Assembly: GCA_964489445.1 (NCBI GenBank)
Contig: CAZAYU010000001.1
Span: 210,276 to 274,275, forward strand
Source: an uncultured Planctomycetia bacterium
GTDB lineage: Bacteria; Omnitrophota; Gorgyraeia; Duberdicusellales; 4484-171
Reading direction: 5' to 3'
Length of the DNA: 64,000 nt
The translations under genes and the position numbers were made by a program. The notes beneath the pieces were generated by a model that ran no database searches, was not told where the DNA came from, and saw nothing but the letters and a program-made list of their open reading frames with translations. Below, piece after piece: positions 50,861 through 60,489 of the stretch (position 1 is the stretch's first letter; each line of letters opens with the position of its first letter).

Positions 50861-51682
50861 TTAACTACCGATGCAAAAAGAAAAACAAATTTTTTCCAAT
50901 AATTTTTGTGCAGAAAGAATAGTCAAAGCGCTTGTTTTAGGATTTGATCTTGAAGGAATATTTTCCACACTAAACGTCAAGTTTGCTTCTTCAGCTTCTA
51001 CCGTTACCCTATGAATATTGCGTTTTATTTTAGGGTCAGCCTTAATGCATACTTTAATATCTTTTAAAGACGAAGCAAGCCAGAGAGTTGCGGCAACATT
51101 TATATTCTTGGGAAAATATTTGATAGCTTGCCTAACTCCGCCTCTAAAAACAACAATCTCTTTTTTAAGTGAAGATAAATTTATCTTTTTTTTAATTAGA
51201 TATTCTACCCCCATAAGACCTTTGGGGGGTTTAGAAGTCACCAAAGAAAGCGATTTTATTTTGCCTTTGCTTAAAGCTCCTATTCCATCAATACCACAAA
51301 TAGCTCCCGATGGTATATACACATTGATTTTTTTAGCAATTGCTTTTTTTATTAAACTAAAATTTTTTACACACATACCAGTGCTTAATATCATAATATC
51401 TTTCCTAAAATGGATAGCTTTCATTAAAGCTGACTCTGCTGCCTCCTGTGATGCCGCCTCAATAACTAGGTCTACTCTTTCAACTAAATTTTTAACATCA
51501 TAGATTGCAGGCAATGTTTTTAATTTATTTTGCAATTTTTTTGCTGATTCTATTTGTTTATCTGCTAAGCCATATATCGAAAAAAACCGGTGCATTTTCT
51601 TGTCAATAAATAAGGCAATCCCCGTCCCAATAGCTCCACATCCTATAATTCCCACTTTTAATTTATTATTCGTCCGTTTCAT
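50861..51682 (-). CDS. nadX: L-aspartate dehydrogenase
   Basis: GIIGCGAIG, IEAASQ, PSGAICGID, FPKNINVAA, NPKTSAL; clustered with nadE. Confidence 0.9.
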   Translation of the reverse strand: MKRTNNKLKVGIIGCGAIGTGIALFIDKKMHRFFSIYGLADKQIESAKKLQNKLKTLPAIYDVKNLVERVDLVIEAASQEAAESALMKAIHFRKDIMILSTGMCVKNFSLIKKAIAKKINVYIPSGAICGIDGIGALSKGKIKSLSLVTSKPPKGLMGVEYLIKKKINLSSLKKEIVVFRGGVRQAIKYFPKNINVAATLWLASSLKDIKVCIKADPKIKRNIHRVTVEAEEANLTFSVENIPSRSNPKTSALTILSAQKLLEKICFSFCIGS

Positions 51683-51692
51683 AGCCTCCCCT

Positions 51693-52547
51693 TCATTTAC
51701 TACTTATTTTAATCACCAAATTGTCAATTAAGCGAACATTATTTATGTAGAATGCAATCACGGCTAACACTGTATTGTCTATATTTTTTACATCAATTAG
51801 ACTGTTAGGATCTACTATCCTTAGGTAATCTATTTTAACTACACATTTTTTTGTGACAAAATACCTTACCTTATCTAAGACAACCTTAGAGTTTCTCTGG
51901 CCATCATCAATTAGCTGTTTTGTTAAGCATAATGCCTTATAACCACACGTGCTTTTTTCTCTGTCTTGTTCACTTAAGTAAACATTACGAGAGCTTATTG
52001 CTAAATTGTTTTTTTCTCTAATGGTCGGGAGCACTTTTACTTTAATCGAAAACATTAAATCCCTTACCAGTCTTTTTACTACTTGTGCTTGCTGATAATC
52101 TTTCTGTCCAAAATAAACAATATCTGGATTAACAATATTAAAAAGTTTTACCAATACCGTGCACACACCTTTAAAGTGGCTAAAACGTGATCGCCCACAC
52201 AAAAATCGACTTATATCTACTTCGTCTACAAAAATCGAAGAATTCGAACAATACATTTCCTTCTCACTAGGTAAAAACAACAAATCAACTTTTTCCTTTT
52301 TTAATAGTTGAATATCCTTTTTAATGCTTCGCGGATACCTCTTATAATCTTCCCGTGGACCAAATTGAAGGGGATTTACAAAAATACTCACAACTATCAA
52401 CCCCTTGTCTTTTCCGGCATTCCTGATTAAGGAAATATGTCCGTCGTGTAACGCGCCCATTGTTGGGACAAAACATATCTTTTTCCCCGTTTTACTATAT
52501 TTTCGAGAAATAGCCATCATGCTGATAGCACTTTTAATAATGTTCAT
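51693..52547 (-). CDS. panC: Pantoate--beta-alanine ligase
   Basis: VPTMGALHDGH, SIFVNPLQF, FGQKDYQQ, SSRN, RLIDN. Confidence 0.97.
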   Translation of the reverse strand: MNIIKSAISMMAISRKYSKTGKKICFVPTMGALHDGHISLIRNAGKDKGLIVVSIFVNPLQFGPREDYKRYPRSIKKDIQLLKKEKVDLLFLPSEKEMYCSNSSIFVDEVDISRFLCGRSRFSHFKGVCTVLVKLFNIVNPDIVYFGQKDYQQAQVVKRLVRDLMFSIKVKVLPTIREKNNLAISSRNVYLSEQDREKSTCGYKALCLTKQLIDDGQRNSKVVLDKVRYFVTKKCVVKIDYLRIVDPNSLIDVKNIDNTVLAVIAFYINNVRLIDNLVIKISSK

Positions 52548-52990
52548 ATAATTTTTTCTAAGTTTTTATGGCTGTTTATCTTGCCTTTTAACTCGGGAGC
52601 AATTTTTAGTAATGGATTCATCACGAACTGGCGCTCGAACATTTTAGGATGAGGCACAGTAAGATTATTTTCGTTAATCCGGACATCATCATACAATAAT
52701 AAATCTAAATCAATAATCCGGGGTGCATTCTTAAAGCTGGATACCCTGCCAATTTTTTTTTCTATTTTTTTAAATTCCAATAACAATACTTGCGGTGACA
52801 GACAAGAAGCTAATTTTAAAACACCATTTAAGTAATCAGGACCACCACCACCTACTGGATAGCTCCTGACCAGGTGAGAAACCCTTTCCACAGAAATTCC
52901 TTCAACTTCCCGAAGAAAAGAAATAGCTTTTTTGATGTTCTTCCGCCGATCACCTAAATTGGACCCTATCCCAACAAAAATAGTTGCCAT
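52544..52990 (-). CDS. folK: Hydroxymethyldihydropterin pyrophosphokinase
   Basis: GIGSNLGDR, YLN, PRIIDLDLL, VPHP..ERQFV. Confidence 0.96.
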   Translation of the reverse strand: MATIFVGIGSNLGDRRKNIKKAISFLREVEGISVERVSHLVRSYPVGGGGPDYLNGVLKLASCLSPQVLLLEFKKIEKKIGRVSSFKNAPRIIDLDLLLYDDVRINENNLTVPHPKMFERQFVMNPLLKIAPELKGKINSHKNLEKII

Positions 52991-52995
52991 TTCCT

Positions 52996-54603
52996 TTAAC
53001 GAAATTTATTAGTTATAGGCATCCGCCTGTCTTTTCCAAAAGCTCTGGGAGTAATTTTAATCCCCACAGGGGCCTGCCGACGTTTATACTCATTAGAATC
53101 TACCATTTTTATAATTCTTTGGACCACTTCTTTTTTAAACCCTTTCCGAGTGATTGACTCCAAAGATTTTTCCTTTTCAACATACAACTGTAAAAGCGAA
53201 TCAAGCAAATCATAATCGGGAAGAGTATCAATATCTTTCTGATTGAATCTAAGTTCTGCAGAAGGAGCTCTTTTAATTATCGAACTGGGAATCCCTTTGT
53301 TTTTGTAAATTTTGTTGATGCGTCCGGCAAGCTTATACACAAGCATCTTGGGAACATCTTTCAGAATACCAAAACCACCAACCATATCACCATAAAGAGT
53401 GCAATACCCACAAGCTAGCTCACTCTTATTCCCAGTGTTTAGCACCAAAAAGCCAAGCTTATTAGAAAAAGCCATTAACAAGTTTCCTCTTATTCGCGCC
53501 TGTATATTCTCCTCGGTCTTCCCGCAAACTTCCTCCTTAAAACAACTCTTAAGGCAGTCTAAATAAGCATTAAAAATATTACCAATGCTAATAATCTGGT
53601 ACTTTACATTAAAATTTCTACATACCTCTTGAGCATCCCCAAGAGTCTCTTTCGAAGTATAACAAGAAGGCATTATTAAGGCGTAAACATTCTCTGGTCC
53701 TAAGGCAAGGCTAGCTAGTCCTAAAACAACTGCCGAGTCAATGCCTCCGCTAACCCCCAAGATTACTTTTTTAAATCCGTTTTTTTTAAGATAATCATTT
53801 ATTCCTAAAGATAGGGCAGACAATGCTTCTTCTGGTTCGTCCACAATAATCTTCTTAACAGGATACATCTTTTGACTTTCAAAAGTAAAAACATTTAAAT
53901 CTTCTGAAAATCTATTTAAACAAGCAACCATCTTTCCTTTAGAAGAAAATACTTTACTGGTCCCATCAAACACAATTTCGTCTTGCCCGCCGATTAAATT
54001 ACAATAGAATAAAAAACTATTTGTCGACTTTGCTAAATTAGCTAATATTTTTTCTCTTTGAATAACCTTTCCTAAATGAAACGGAGATGCAGAAATATTA
54101 ATGATAAAATCTAATTTCTTTTTTTTAAATAATTGGAGAAATTGATTTCGCCAGATATCTTCACAAATGGTTAAAGTAAATCTATATTTCTTAAATGTGT
54201 AGACAGGGATAAAATTGCCTGGCTTAAAGTAACGTTTTTCGTCAAATACCCCGTAATTAGGTAAAATTATTTTATCATACACGTCCTTAATTTTTTTATC
54301 TTGAACTACCGCACAAGAATTATATATGTTACCCTGTTTTTCATTAACAAACCCAATTAAAACTACTACACCGGCACATTCCTTCTTTATTAAATGTAAA
54401 AAACGTTTATTTTCAGATATAAATTGCTTTCTAAGCAAAAGATCTTCCGGAGGATATCCGGTTAGCGCTAACTCAGGAAAAACAATGATTTCCGCTTCTT
54501 GAGACTTGGCTTTTTTTATGTAGGTAATTATTTTCTTATAATTACCTTTAAAATCACCAACAGTCGAATTAATTTGTGCTAGTGCAATTTTAAGCATAGG
54601 CAT
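52996..54603 (-). CDS. nadE: Glutamine-dependent NAD+ synthetase
   Basis: Nitrilase domain FPEL/ICED, SGGIDS, ENIQARIRG, PSAEL, EYKRRQ. Confidence 0.97.
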   Translation of the reverse strand: MPMLKIALAQINSTVGDFKGNYKKIITYIKKAKSQEAEIIVFPELALTGYPPEDLLLRKQFISENKRFLHLIKKECAGVVVLIGFVNEKQGNIYNSCAVVQDKKIKDVYDKIILPNYGVFDEKRYFKPGNFIPVYTFKKYRFTLTICEDIWRNQFLQLFKKKKLDFIINISASPFHLGKVIQREKILANLAKSTNSFLFYCNLIGGQDEIVFDGTSKVFSSKGKMVACLNRFSEDLNVFTFESQKMYPVKKIIVDEPEEALSALSLGINDYLKKNGFKKVILGVSGGIDSAVVLGLASLALGPENVYALIMPSCYTSKETLGDAQEVCRNFNVKYQIISIGNIFNAYLDCLKSCFKEEVCGKTEENIQARIRGNLLMAFSNKLGFLVLNTGNKSELACGYCTLYGDMVGGFGILKDVPKMLVYKLAGRINKIYKNKGIPSSIIKRAPSAELRFNQKDIDTLPDYDLLDSLLQLYVEKEKSLESITRKGFKKEVVQRIIKMVDSNEYKRRQAPVGIKITPRAFGKDRRMPITNKFR

Positions 54604-54605
54604 TA

Positions 54606-55364
54606 TTATACTACTTTACGTTTAGCGTTCAAGGACCCCATATAAAACAAAATAATACCCAGTAACACCAAAATAAATGAAATAATCTGCGATGTTGAAA
54701 AATATAAAATATACCCTCGGGGATCACCGCGAAAAAATTCAATTGTAAAACGAAATACTCCGTAAAAAATTAAATAACAAGAAGAAACTTGACCGCTAAA
54801 TATTTTTTTCCGGCTTATGGCCAAAATAATTAAAAAGAGAACTAAAAGAAAAAAAGCAGATATAAGTTGAGTAGGTATTACTCTAGTGCATAGCTCTCCT
54901 GCCGGGCTTCCTAACGGAAATTGTATCCCAATCCAAGAAGAGGTAGGCTTTCCATAGCAACAACCATAGAAAAAACATCCCACTCTTCCCAATGCATGTG
55001 CTAACGGAACACCCAACACTATAATGTCCGCTAAGTTTAAAAAATAAATATTATATTTTCTGGACAAAATATAAATAGCACAAATTCCGGTAATAACCCC
55101 ACCATAAAAAACAAAACCACTCCTAATCATCGCCAAAGGCTCTATCAAGAAGTACTTCATTTCAATCAACAAATAAAGTAACTTTGCTCCTAAAAATGCA
55201 GAAATAATCACCCAAAAAATAATATCAGAAAATACTTTAGAGTCTATTCCTTGTCTTTTTGCTTCCCGACTACAGATAAAATACCCAAGAACTACACCCA
55301 AAAAAACAAAAAACCCATACGTATAAATAGTAACTGGCCCTAGCTTAAATAATATCGGATGCAT
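54606..55364 (-). CDS. lgt: Prolipoprotein diacylglyceryl transferase
   Basis: YG, FYGG, ALGRVGCFFYGCCYG, PTQL, RFTIEFFRGD. Confidence 0.95.
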   Translation of the reverse strand: MHPILFKLGPVTIYTYGFFVFLGVVLGYFICSREAKRQGIDSKVFSDIIFWVIISAFLGAKLLYLLIEMKYFLIEPLAMIRSGFVFYGGVITGICAIYILSRKYNIYFLNLADIIVLGVPLAHALGRVGCFFYGCCYGKPTSSWIGIQFPLGSPAGELCTRVIPTQLISAFFLLVLFLIILAISRKKIFSGQVSSCYLIFYGVFRFTIEFFRGDPRGYILYFSTSQIISFILVLLGIILFYMGSLNAKRKVV

Positions 55365-55463
55365 AATTTTCCCCCTTTAAAGGTAAGTAAACTCTTCGCA
55401 CACTCTTATCCATTCATTGCTTAACCAGTAGTTTTTTTAAAAAGCCTTAACCTCCATGCCCGT

Positions 55464-55901
55464 CTAAATCGACAACATAATATTTACCGGTCCATCCATT
55501 TCAATGTCAATCTTCATTTCTGCACCAAATACCCCTTGAGTAACGTTGATGTTATTTGCTTTTAATAAATTAACAAAATCTGTGAATAAACTTTCTGCCC
55601 CCGACGGCTTCATTGCTGCCTCAAAAGAAGGCCGACGACCACGATTAGTATTTGCACAAAGAGTAAAATTAGGAACACACATAACGAAATAATTTTTACT
55701 TTTAAGCGAGTAACTAAATTTCCCCTGATCGTCAGGAAAAATCCTTAAATTAATTATTTTTTCTGCCATCCTTTCTAAGATACGCTTATCGTCTTTTTCT
55801 TCAATCCCGACAAACAATGCCAGCCCCCGATCAATTTCCGCAACACTCCTTCCTTTTATATTCACTTTCCCTTTACTACATCGTGATAGTAACACTTTCA
55901 T
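55464..55901 (-). CDS. dtd: D-aminoacyl-tRNA deacylase
   Basis: NLRIF.D..GK, FTL...GRRPSF, GVFGAEM, DGPV. Confidence 0.92.
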   Translation of the reverse strand: MKVLLSRCSKGKVNIKGRSVAEIDRGLALFVGIEEKDDKRILERMAEKIINLRIFPDDQGKFSYSLKSKNYFVMCVPNFTLCANTNRGRRPSFEAAMKPSGAESLFTDFVNLLKANNINVTQGVFGAEMKIDIEMDGPVNIMLSI

Positions 55902-55915
55902 GCCTTAACTATTTC

Positions 55916-56842
55916 TTAGGAATTATTTCTCCTGAAATGATATCCTTGGTAAGTATTTCTCTTCTTTAGTTCCCGATGAATTTCTGCGATAACTGCTCCT
56001 TTACGACTAATCCACAAAGGGGCAACTAAAAAATCTAAAAATGCATCAGAAACCGCTCTCAAAATAACAATAGAAGCTGGAATTTTTTCTAAAAAATCAC
56101 AAATAATATTCACATACTCATCCAGCTTTAACAGTTTAATTTCTTTATTCGCATAGAGTTTTTCCAAATAAGTACCTTTTAGAATGTGTAAAACATGGAA
56201 CTTAACGCCTTGAATGTCGAGAAAAGAAATATTCGCAGCATCATTCATCATGTGCTCACAAGTTGCCTGAGGTAGCCCTAAAATTAGATGCAACCCTACA
56301 TTAATGCCGTATTTTCTGGTTAAAGGTAAAATTTTCAAAAAGTCCTCATAAGTGTGGTTGCGATTAATTGCCTTTAAGATAAGGTTGTTGGTGGTTTGCA
56401 ACCCATATTCTATCCAAACTAAATATTTTTTTTGGTATTTAGCAATTAATTTTAACTTCTCTTCATCAACGCAATCTGGGCGAGTAGCAATAAACAAGCC
56501 AACTATTTGCGGAAATTTGTATATCACATCGTATTTTTCCTGTAAAACAGTTAGGTTTGCATAAGTATTTGTAAATGATTGAAAGTAAAGAATAAATTTG
56601 CGTACGCCTAATCTTCTTTCGTAAAATTTTATTGACTCTGAGATCTGGTCTTCAACACTTTTGATTGATTCCGCATAAAGCCCAAATCCAGAGTTACTAC
56701 AATAAACACAGCCATCTCGGCTAAGCTTGCCATCAAGATTCGGACAATCAAACCCTGCATTAACACTTATCTTTTGAACTCTTTCGCCAAAAATATTTCG
56801 CAGATAACGATTAAACGAATAGTATCCATCTTCTGGCTGCAT
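55916..56842 (-). CDS. TIGR01212/YhcC-family radical SAM protein
   Basis: AGFDCPNLDG...GCVYC, YFQSFTNTY, ATRPDC, EYGLQT, INRNH. Confidence 0.9.
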   Translation of the reverse strand: MQPEDGYYSFNRYLRNIFGERVQKISVNAGFDCPNLDGKLSRDGCVYCSNSGFGLYAESIKSVEDQISESIKFYERRLGVRKFILYFQSFTNTYANLTVLQEKYDVIYKFPQIVGLFIATRPDCVDEEKLKLIAKYQKKYLVWIEYGLQTTNNLILKAINRNHTYEDFLKILPLTRKYGINVGLHLILGLPQATCEHMMNDAANISFLDIQGVKFHVLHILKGTYLEKLYANKEIKLLKLDEYVNIICDFLEKIPASIVILRAVSDAFLDFLVAPLWISRKGAVIAEIHRELKKRNTYQGYHFRRNNS

Positions 56843-56848
56843 TCTTTT

Positions 56849-57397
56849 TCACCTAGTATTATCTTTTATGCGACTTGTGCGACTATACACGCATCCACAA
56901 TAATTTTGACGATAAAGATTGTTCTTTTTAGCAATATCTATAGTTTTTGCAAAACCACCTTCTTTTTTAAAATCATATGGTAAAAATTTTTTATCCCCTA
57001 TTTTACATCCAACTTCAATAATCGACATACTGGATTTATGAGGACTAATAGTTAAAGTTGTTGTAAAGTAATCATATTCTTTCTGAAGGCAATAATTAAA
57101 GGTTTCTTTTAGACGTAAAGAATAGCAATCTACACAACGAGCGCCTCCCTCTATTTGGTTAGAATCATCCTTACAAATATTAAACCACAGAGGCACATCA
57201 TAACAGCCTTCAACGACTTTGATTTTCTGTTTATCAGCAACAATATTCATTACTTCTCTTCGCTTTAAATATTCACCACGTGGATGAATGTTTGGATTAA
57301 AAAAAAATGCTTCGACAGAAAACCCCTCGCTTTTAAGCTTTTGGATTGCAAAAGAAGCACAAACACCGCAACAAACATGAATCAGTACTTTTTTCAT
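56849..57397 (-). CDS. queH: Epoxyqueuosine reductase QueH
   Basis: HVCCGVC, FNPNIHP..EY..R, EGGARC..C, TTTL.ISPHK, YRQNYCGC. Confidence 0.92.
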   Translation of the reverse strand: MKKVLIHVCCGVCASFAIQKLKSEGFSVEAFFFNPNIHPRGEYLKRREVMNIVADKQKIKVVEGCYDVPLWFNICKDDSNQIEGGARCVDCYSLRLKETFNYCLQKEYDYFTTTLTISPHKSSMSIIEVGCKIGDKKFLPYDFKKEGGFAKTIDIAKKNNLYRQNYCGCVYSRTSRIKDNTR

Positions 57398-58191
57398 ATA
57401 TCAAAATAGTCATTTATTGTAATAAAATCGATCTTTTTCTTGATTTCCGGTAGGTTTTTTTCCAAAAAATTAATCGTATTCTCACGGGGGTGCGCAATCA
57501 CAATTATCTTGCCCTTCTCTTTGGCCTTACCAATTAATGAATTCATGCGCTTTCCTATCTCCTCCTGGCTGTCTACTGCATCTAAAAAACCTTCGTTGTA
57601 ACCGCATTCTAATCCTTCTTGGTTAGCAACATTATAAGCTACAGAATCCAGCGAAGTGCGGCTATCAATGAATACCAAATCTCTTTTTTTTATTGCATTC
57701 ATCACTAACTTCATCAATTCTGTATTTTGAGTTGCCTTGGAACCCATATGATTGTTTACACCGACAGCTATTCTTATTGAATTAAGGTATCGACGCAATA
57801 ACGATTCAACATCCCTTTTGTTTAAATCGCCGCTAATAAAATTATAGTTTAGAGAGCTAGTTTTTGTCTTATTATCCGGCTCACAAGGTAAATGGATAAA
57901 AATAGAAAATCCACAACGCGCACCAATATGAGCAATATTTCGGGAAAATTTTAAATTAGGAATTATAGAAATTGTAAGTGGGATTTCTAATGAATAAAGC
58001 CTTTTTAACTCATTCAGACTTTCACCTAAATCATCAAAAATTAAAGCAATCTTTGGCAATACAAACAGTTTATCATTACTTAACGATCGAGCAGCTTGAG
58101 AGTAATTATTTTGTTTGTTTGAAGCCTTATAAAAAATTATTGGGCTAACAATTAAAATTATAAGAATTAAATATTTTAAAGCTTTAGACAT
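57394..58191 (-). CDS. Divergent polysaccharide deacetylase (YibQ-like), membrane anchored
   Basis: IALIFDDLG, HLPCEP, GVNNHMGS, FIDSRT, IAHP. Confidence 0.9.
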   Translation of the reverse strand: MSKALKYLILIILIVSPIIFYKASNKQNNYSQAARSLSNDKLFVLPKIALIFDDLGESLNELKRLYSLEIPLTISIIPNLKFSRNIAHIGARCGFSIFIHLPCEPDNKTKTSSLNYNFISGDLNKRDVESLLRRYLNSIRIAVGVNNHMGSKATQNTELMKLVMNAIKKRDLVFIDSRTSLDSVAYNVANQEGLECGYNEGFLDAVDSQEEIGKRMNSLIGKAKEKGKIIVIAHPRENTINFLEKNLPEIKKKIDFITINDYFDI

Positions 58192-58837
58192 CCAACAATT
58201 CTCTGAATGATTTATAGGCTATTTTAGGATTATCTGCTTTTAATATAGCACTTCCCACACAAATATCGTCAACACCCGTATCTTTAATTACTCTAAAATT
58301 ATCAAATTTTACTCCACCGTCAATTCCAATGCGTTTCTTCGGATATTTGCTTTTAAATTCCTTTATCTTTTCCAACACCTCCGGCTTAAAGGAAGCTCCG
58401 TAAAAACCAGGTTCCACAGACATAAATAAAACTGTATCAATCTTATCTATAATATTTTCAAGCTCAACTATTGCTGTTGAAGGATTAACTGCAACCCCCA
58501 CACTTAAACCTTCCTTCTTTACCCTGCTGATTATTTCTTGATGGTCTTTGTCAATCTCGTAATGATAGATTATTCTTTTAGCTTTAGCGTGACATGCCGA
58601 CTCAACCCAAGCTAAAGGATCAACGACCATAAGATGCAATTCATACGCAACAAAAGAATTAAAATTAAAAAGGCTTTCTTTGCCAATGCTTTTAGAAGCA
58701 ACGAATTCTCCGTCCATAATATCTACCTGCGCGTACTCGCAAAATCCAGAACATACTTTTGTCATCTCTTCTAAATCTTGACAATTATCAGTCAGTAAAG
58801 CAGGAATAATTTTTCGATTTCTTGACGTCTTACACAT
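58184..58837 (-). CDS. rpe: Ribulose-phosphate 3-epimerase
   Basis: DIMDGEFV, HLMV, MSVEPGFYG, IDGGV, VGSAI. Confidence 0.92.
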   Translation of the reverse strand: MCKTSRNRKIIPALLTDNCQDLEEMTKVCSGFCEYAQVDIMDGEFVASKSIGKESLFNFNSFVAYELHLMVVDPLAWVESACHAKAKRIIYHYEIDKDHQEIISRVKKEGLSVGVAVNPSTAIVELENIIDKIDTVLFMSVEPGFYGASFKPEVLEKIKEFKSKYPKKRIGIDGGVKFDNFRVIKDTGVDDICVGSAILKADNPKIAYKSFRELLDV

Positions 58838-58852
58838 ATTTATTAATTAATA

Positions 58853-60022
58853 TTATTTCTTAAAAAACTTCTTAAGCAGAGAAGCTACTTTTTTATTGCA
58901 AACAAATTTCTCAGTTCTTAGTGATTCAATAATTCCCTTTTTTTCTTGTTTCCATAGATTCGGATAATTTTCCCACCCATACGTCGGCCCCTGTCGGTTT
59001 ACAAATTGATTGTTGTCCAGGTATTGATAAATCCCGCCAGGAAAAACATTATTCGCTACTGCCTTGTATGTCCAATAAGCATAGCTAAACTCAAAATCAT
59101 TATACGCGCTTAAAACAGTCTCTAGCCATTTCTCCTCCCCCCAAAAACCTCCTCGCCAATTAATTCCAAATTCTCCAACAAAAATTTTCACTTTATTCCT
59201 TAGCGAAAATTCATAGTATTTTTCAAGGTGTTTATATATATTTCCCTTACTCCATCGAACTTCCTCTGATTTTCCCGGATATTTGCAAAAAGGCACAAAA
59301 TTAAAAACATAATCGAGTGGAATATAATTATGGATACTTATCTGGATATTCTTCCCAATTAAACCCTCTAGCCCTTGCACATTTTGTGCCCAGTTATCAC
59401 CTTCAATAAATATTAAATTATTTTTATCAATAGCTCTTATTCGTTTTATCGTTTTTTGATAAAAGGAATATAAAAGTTTCCTGGTTCTTCTCTCCATAAC
59501 CGGCTCATTTAAAAGATCATACCCACAAATTGCCGATTTATCTTTAAATCTATCGACTATCGCTTCCCACAAGCAAATAGTTCTATTCCGATAATCTTCA
59601 TCTTCCCAAAAACATGCCCGACCGCTAGAATCAGCATGCCAGTCACAATTCTGAGATCCAACTGCGGCATGTAAATCAAGGATTATCTTTAAATTGTACT
59701 TTTCAGCCCAAAAAAATGCTTTCTCCAAATATCTAAATCCCTGCTCCGAATAACAATAAGGTTTTCTTTCAATTAACCGATAATGAAAAGGAATTCGGAC
59801 AGTCGTTGCTCCCATTAAAGAAACCTTTTTAAAATCAAACTCAGTAATGAAATTATCACGAAATTGACTCTCAAATTTTTCCAAGTTTTGAGTGCCATTA
59901 ACTTTTTGAAATTTTTTCTTAAATAAACTTTCTCCGATATTGTTTCCACCTAGAATATACCCCTCCATCAGCAGCCAACCACCTAAATTCACACCTCTTA
60001 TCTTCATGCCTGTTAGTTCCAT
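58853..60022 (-). CDS. Glycoside hydrolase family 5 (cellulase superfamily), no signal peptide
   Basis: RGVNLGGWLLME, RIPF, LDLH, acid/base NEP, nucleophile VGEFG. Confidence 0.9.
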   Translation of the reverse strand: MELTGMKIRGVNLGGWLLMEGYILGGNNIGESLFKKKFQKVNGTQNLEKFESQFRDNFITEFDFKKVSLMGATTVRIPFHYRLIERKPYCYSEQGFRYLEKAFFWAEKYNLKIILDLHAAVGSQNCDWHADSSGRACFWEDEDYRNRTICLWEAIVDRFKDKSAICGYDLLNEPVMERRTRKLLYSFYQKTIKRIRAIDKNNLIFIEGDNWAQNVQGLEGLIGKNIQISIHNYIPLDYVFNFVPFCKYPGKSEEVRWSKGNIYKHLEKYYEFSLRNKVKIFVGEFGINWRGGFWGEEKWLETVLSAYNDFEFSYAYWTYKAVANNVFPGGIYQYLDNNQFVNRQGPTYGWENYPNLWKQEKKGIIESLRTEKFVCNKKVASLLKKFFKK

Positions 60023-60040
60023 AGTAGTTCGCTTAAAATC

Positions 60041-60331
60041 TTAAAGTTTTTTCTTGTATATGCATAAGTGATCATTTTTCCAATACGTATCTATAATTTC
60101 CTTTATCATCACGCATTGGAACAACTCACCACCTACTGTCTTTCTTGTTCCTAGCCTTTGAGAATATATCTTGCAATAAAATGTTGCTTCCTTATCCTTT
60201 CTCAAATGCTCACATGGATCATCATATGCGCCACAGCAAGCTCCACACCTTAGGCATAAATCATCCTGTTCTTTTTCTTTTGCTTCTAGGTGCTTTAGTA
60301 GACACTCTGATGACTTCTCGACAAATTGCAT
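60041..60331 (-). CDS. Cysteine-cluster protein (YkgJ/CxxCxxCC-like)
   Basis: CLRCGACC...PCEHL...CKIY..R...C. Confidence 0.7.
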   Translation of the reverse strand: MQFVEKSSECLLKHLEAKEKEQDDLCLRCGACCGAYDDPCEHLRKDKEATFYCKIYSQRLGTRKTVGGELFQCVMIKEIIDTYWKNDHLCIYKKKL

Positions 60332-60426
60332 TTCAACTATGTTTTTAAAGCAGTCTTTGCTTAATTTGTAAGAATTTTCTTAGACATTTATTATTCAAAA
60401 ATAAACACTTAAAATTTTAGTCTAAT

Positions 60427-60470
60427 GAAATAAATCGGCCCCGCTAGATAGCATGCTCAAGCAGGGCCGA
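60427..60470 (-). terminator. Probable intrinsic terminator after the pyrophosphatase gene
   Basis: Minus-strand stem TCGGCCCTGCT/AGCGGGGCCGA followed by TTTATTT, about 20 nt after the stop. Confidence 0.6.
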
Positions 60471-60489
60471 AATTTTAATCATTTAGTTA

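Noticed and set aside
50861-54603. nadX-panC-folK-nadE cofactor cluster as a novel pathway
   Set aside because: All are known enzymes; aspartate dehydrogenase replacing NadB is established.
55655-55680. PNFTL instead of SQFTL in Dtd
   Set aside because: The Gly-Pro chiral-selection motif and overall pattern are retained; probably ordinary divergence.
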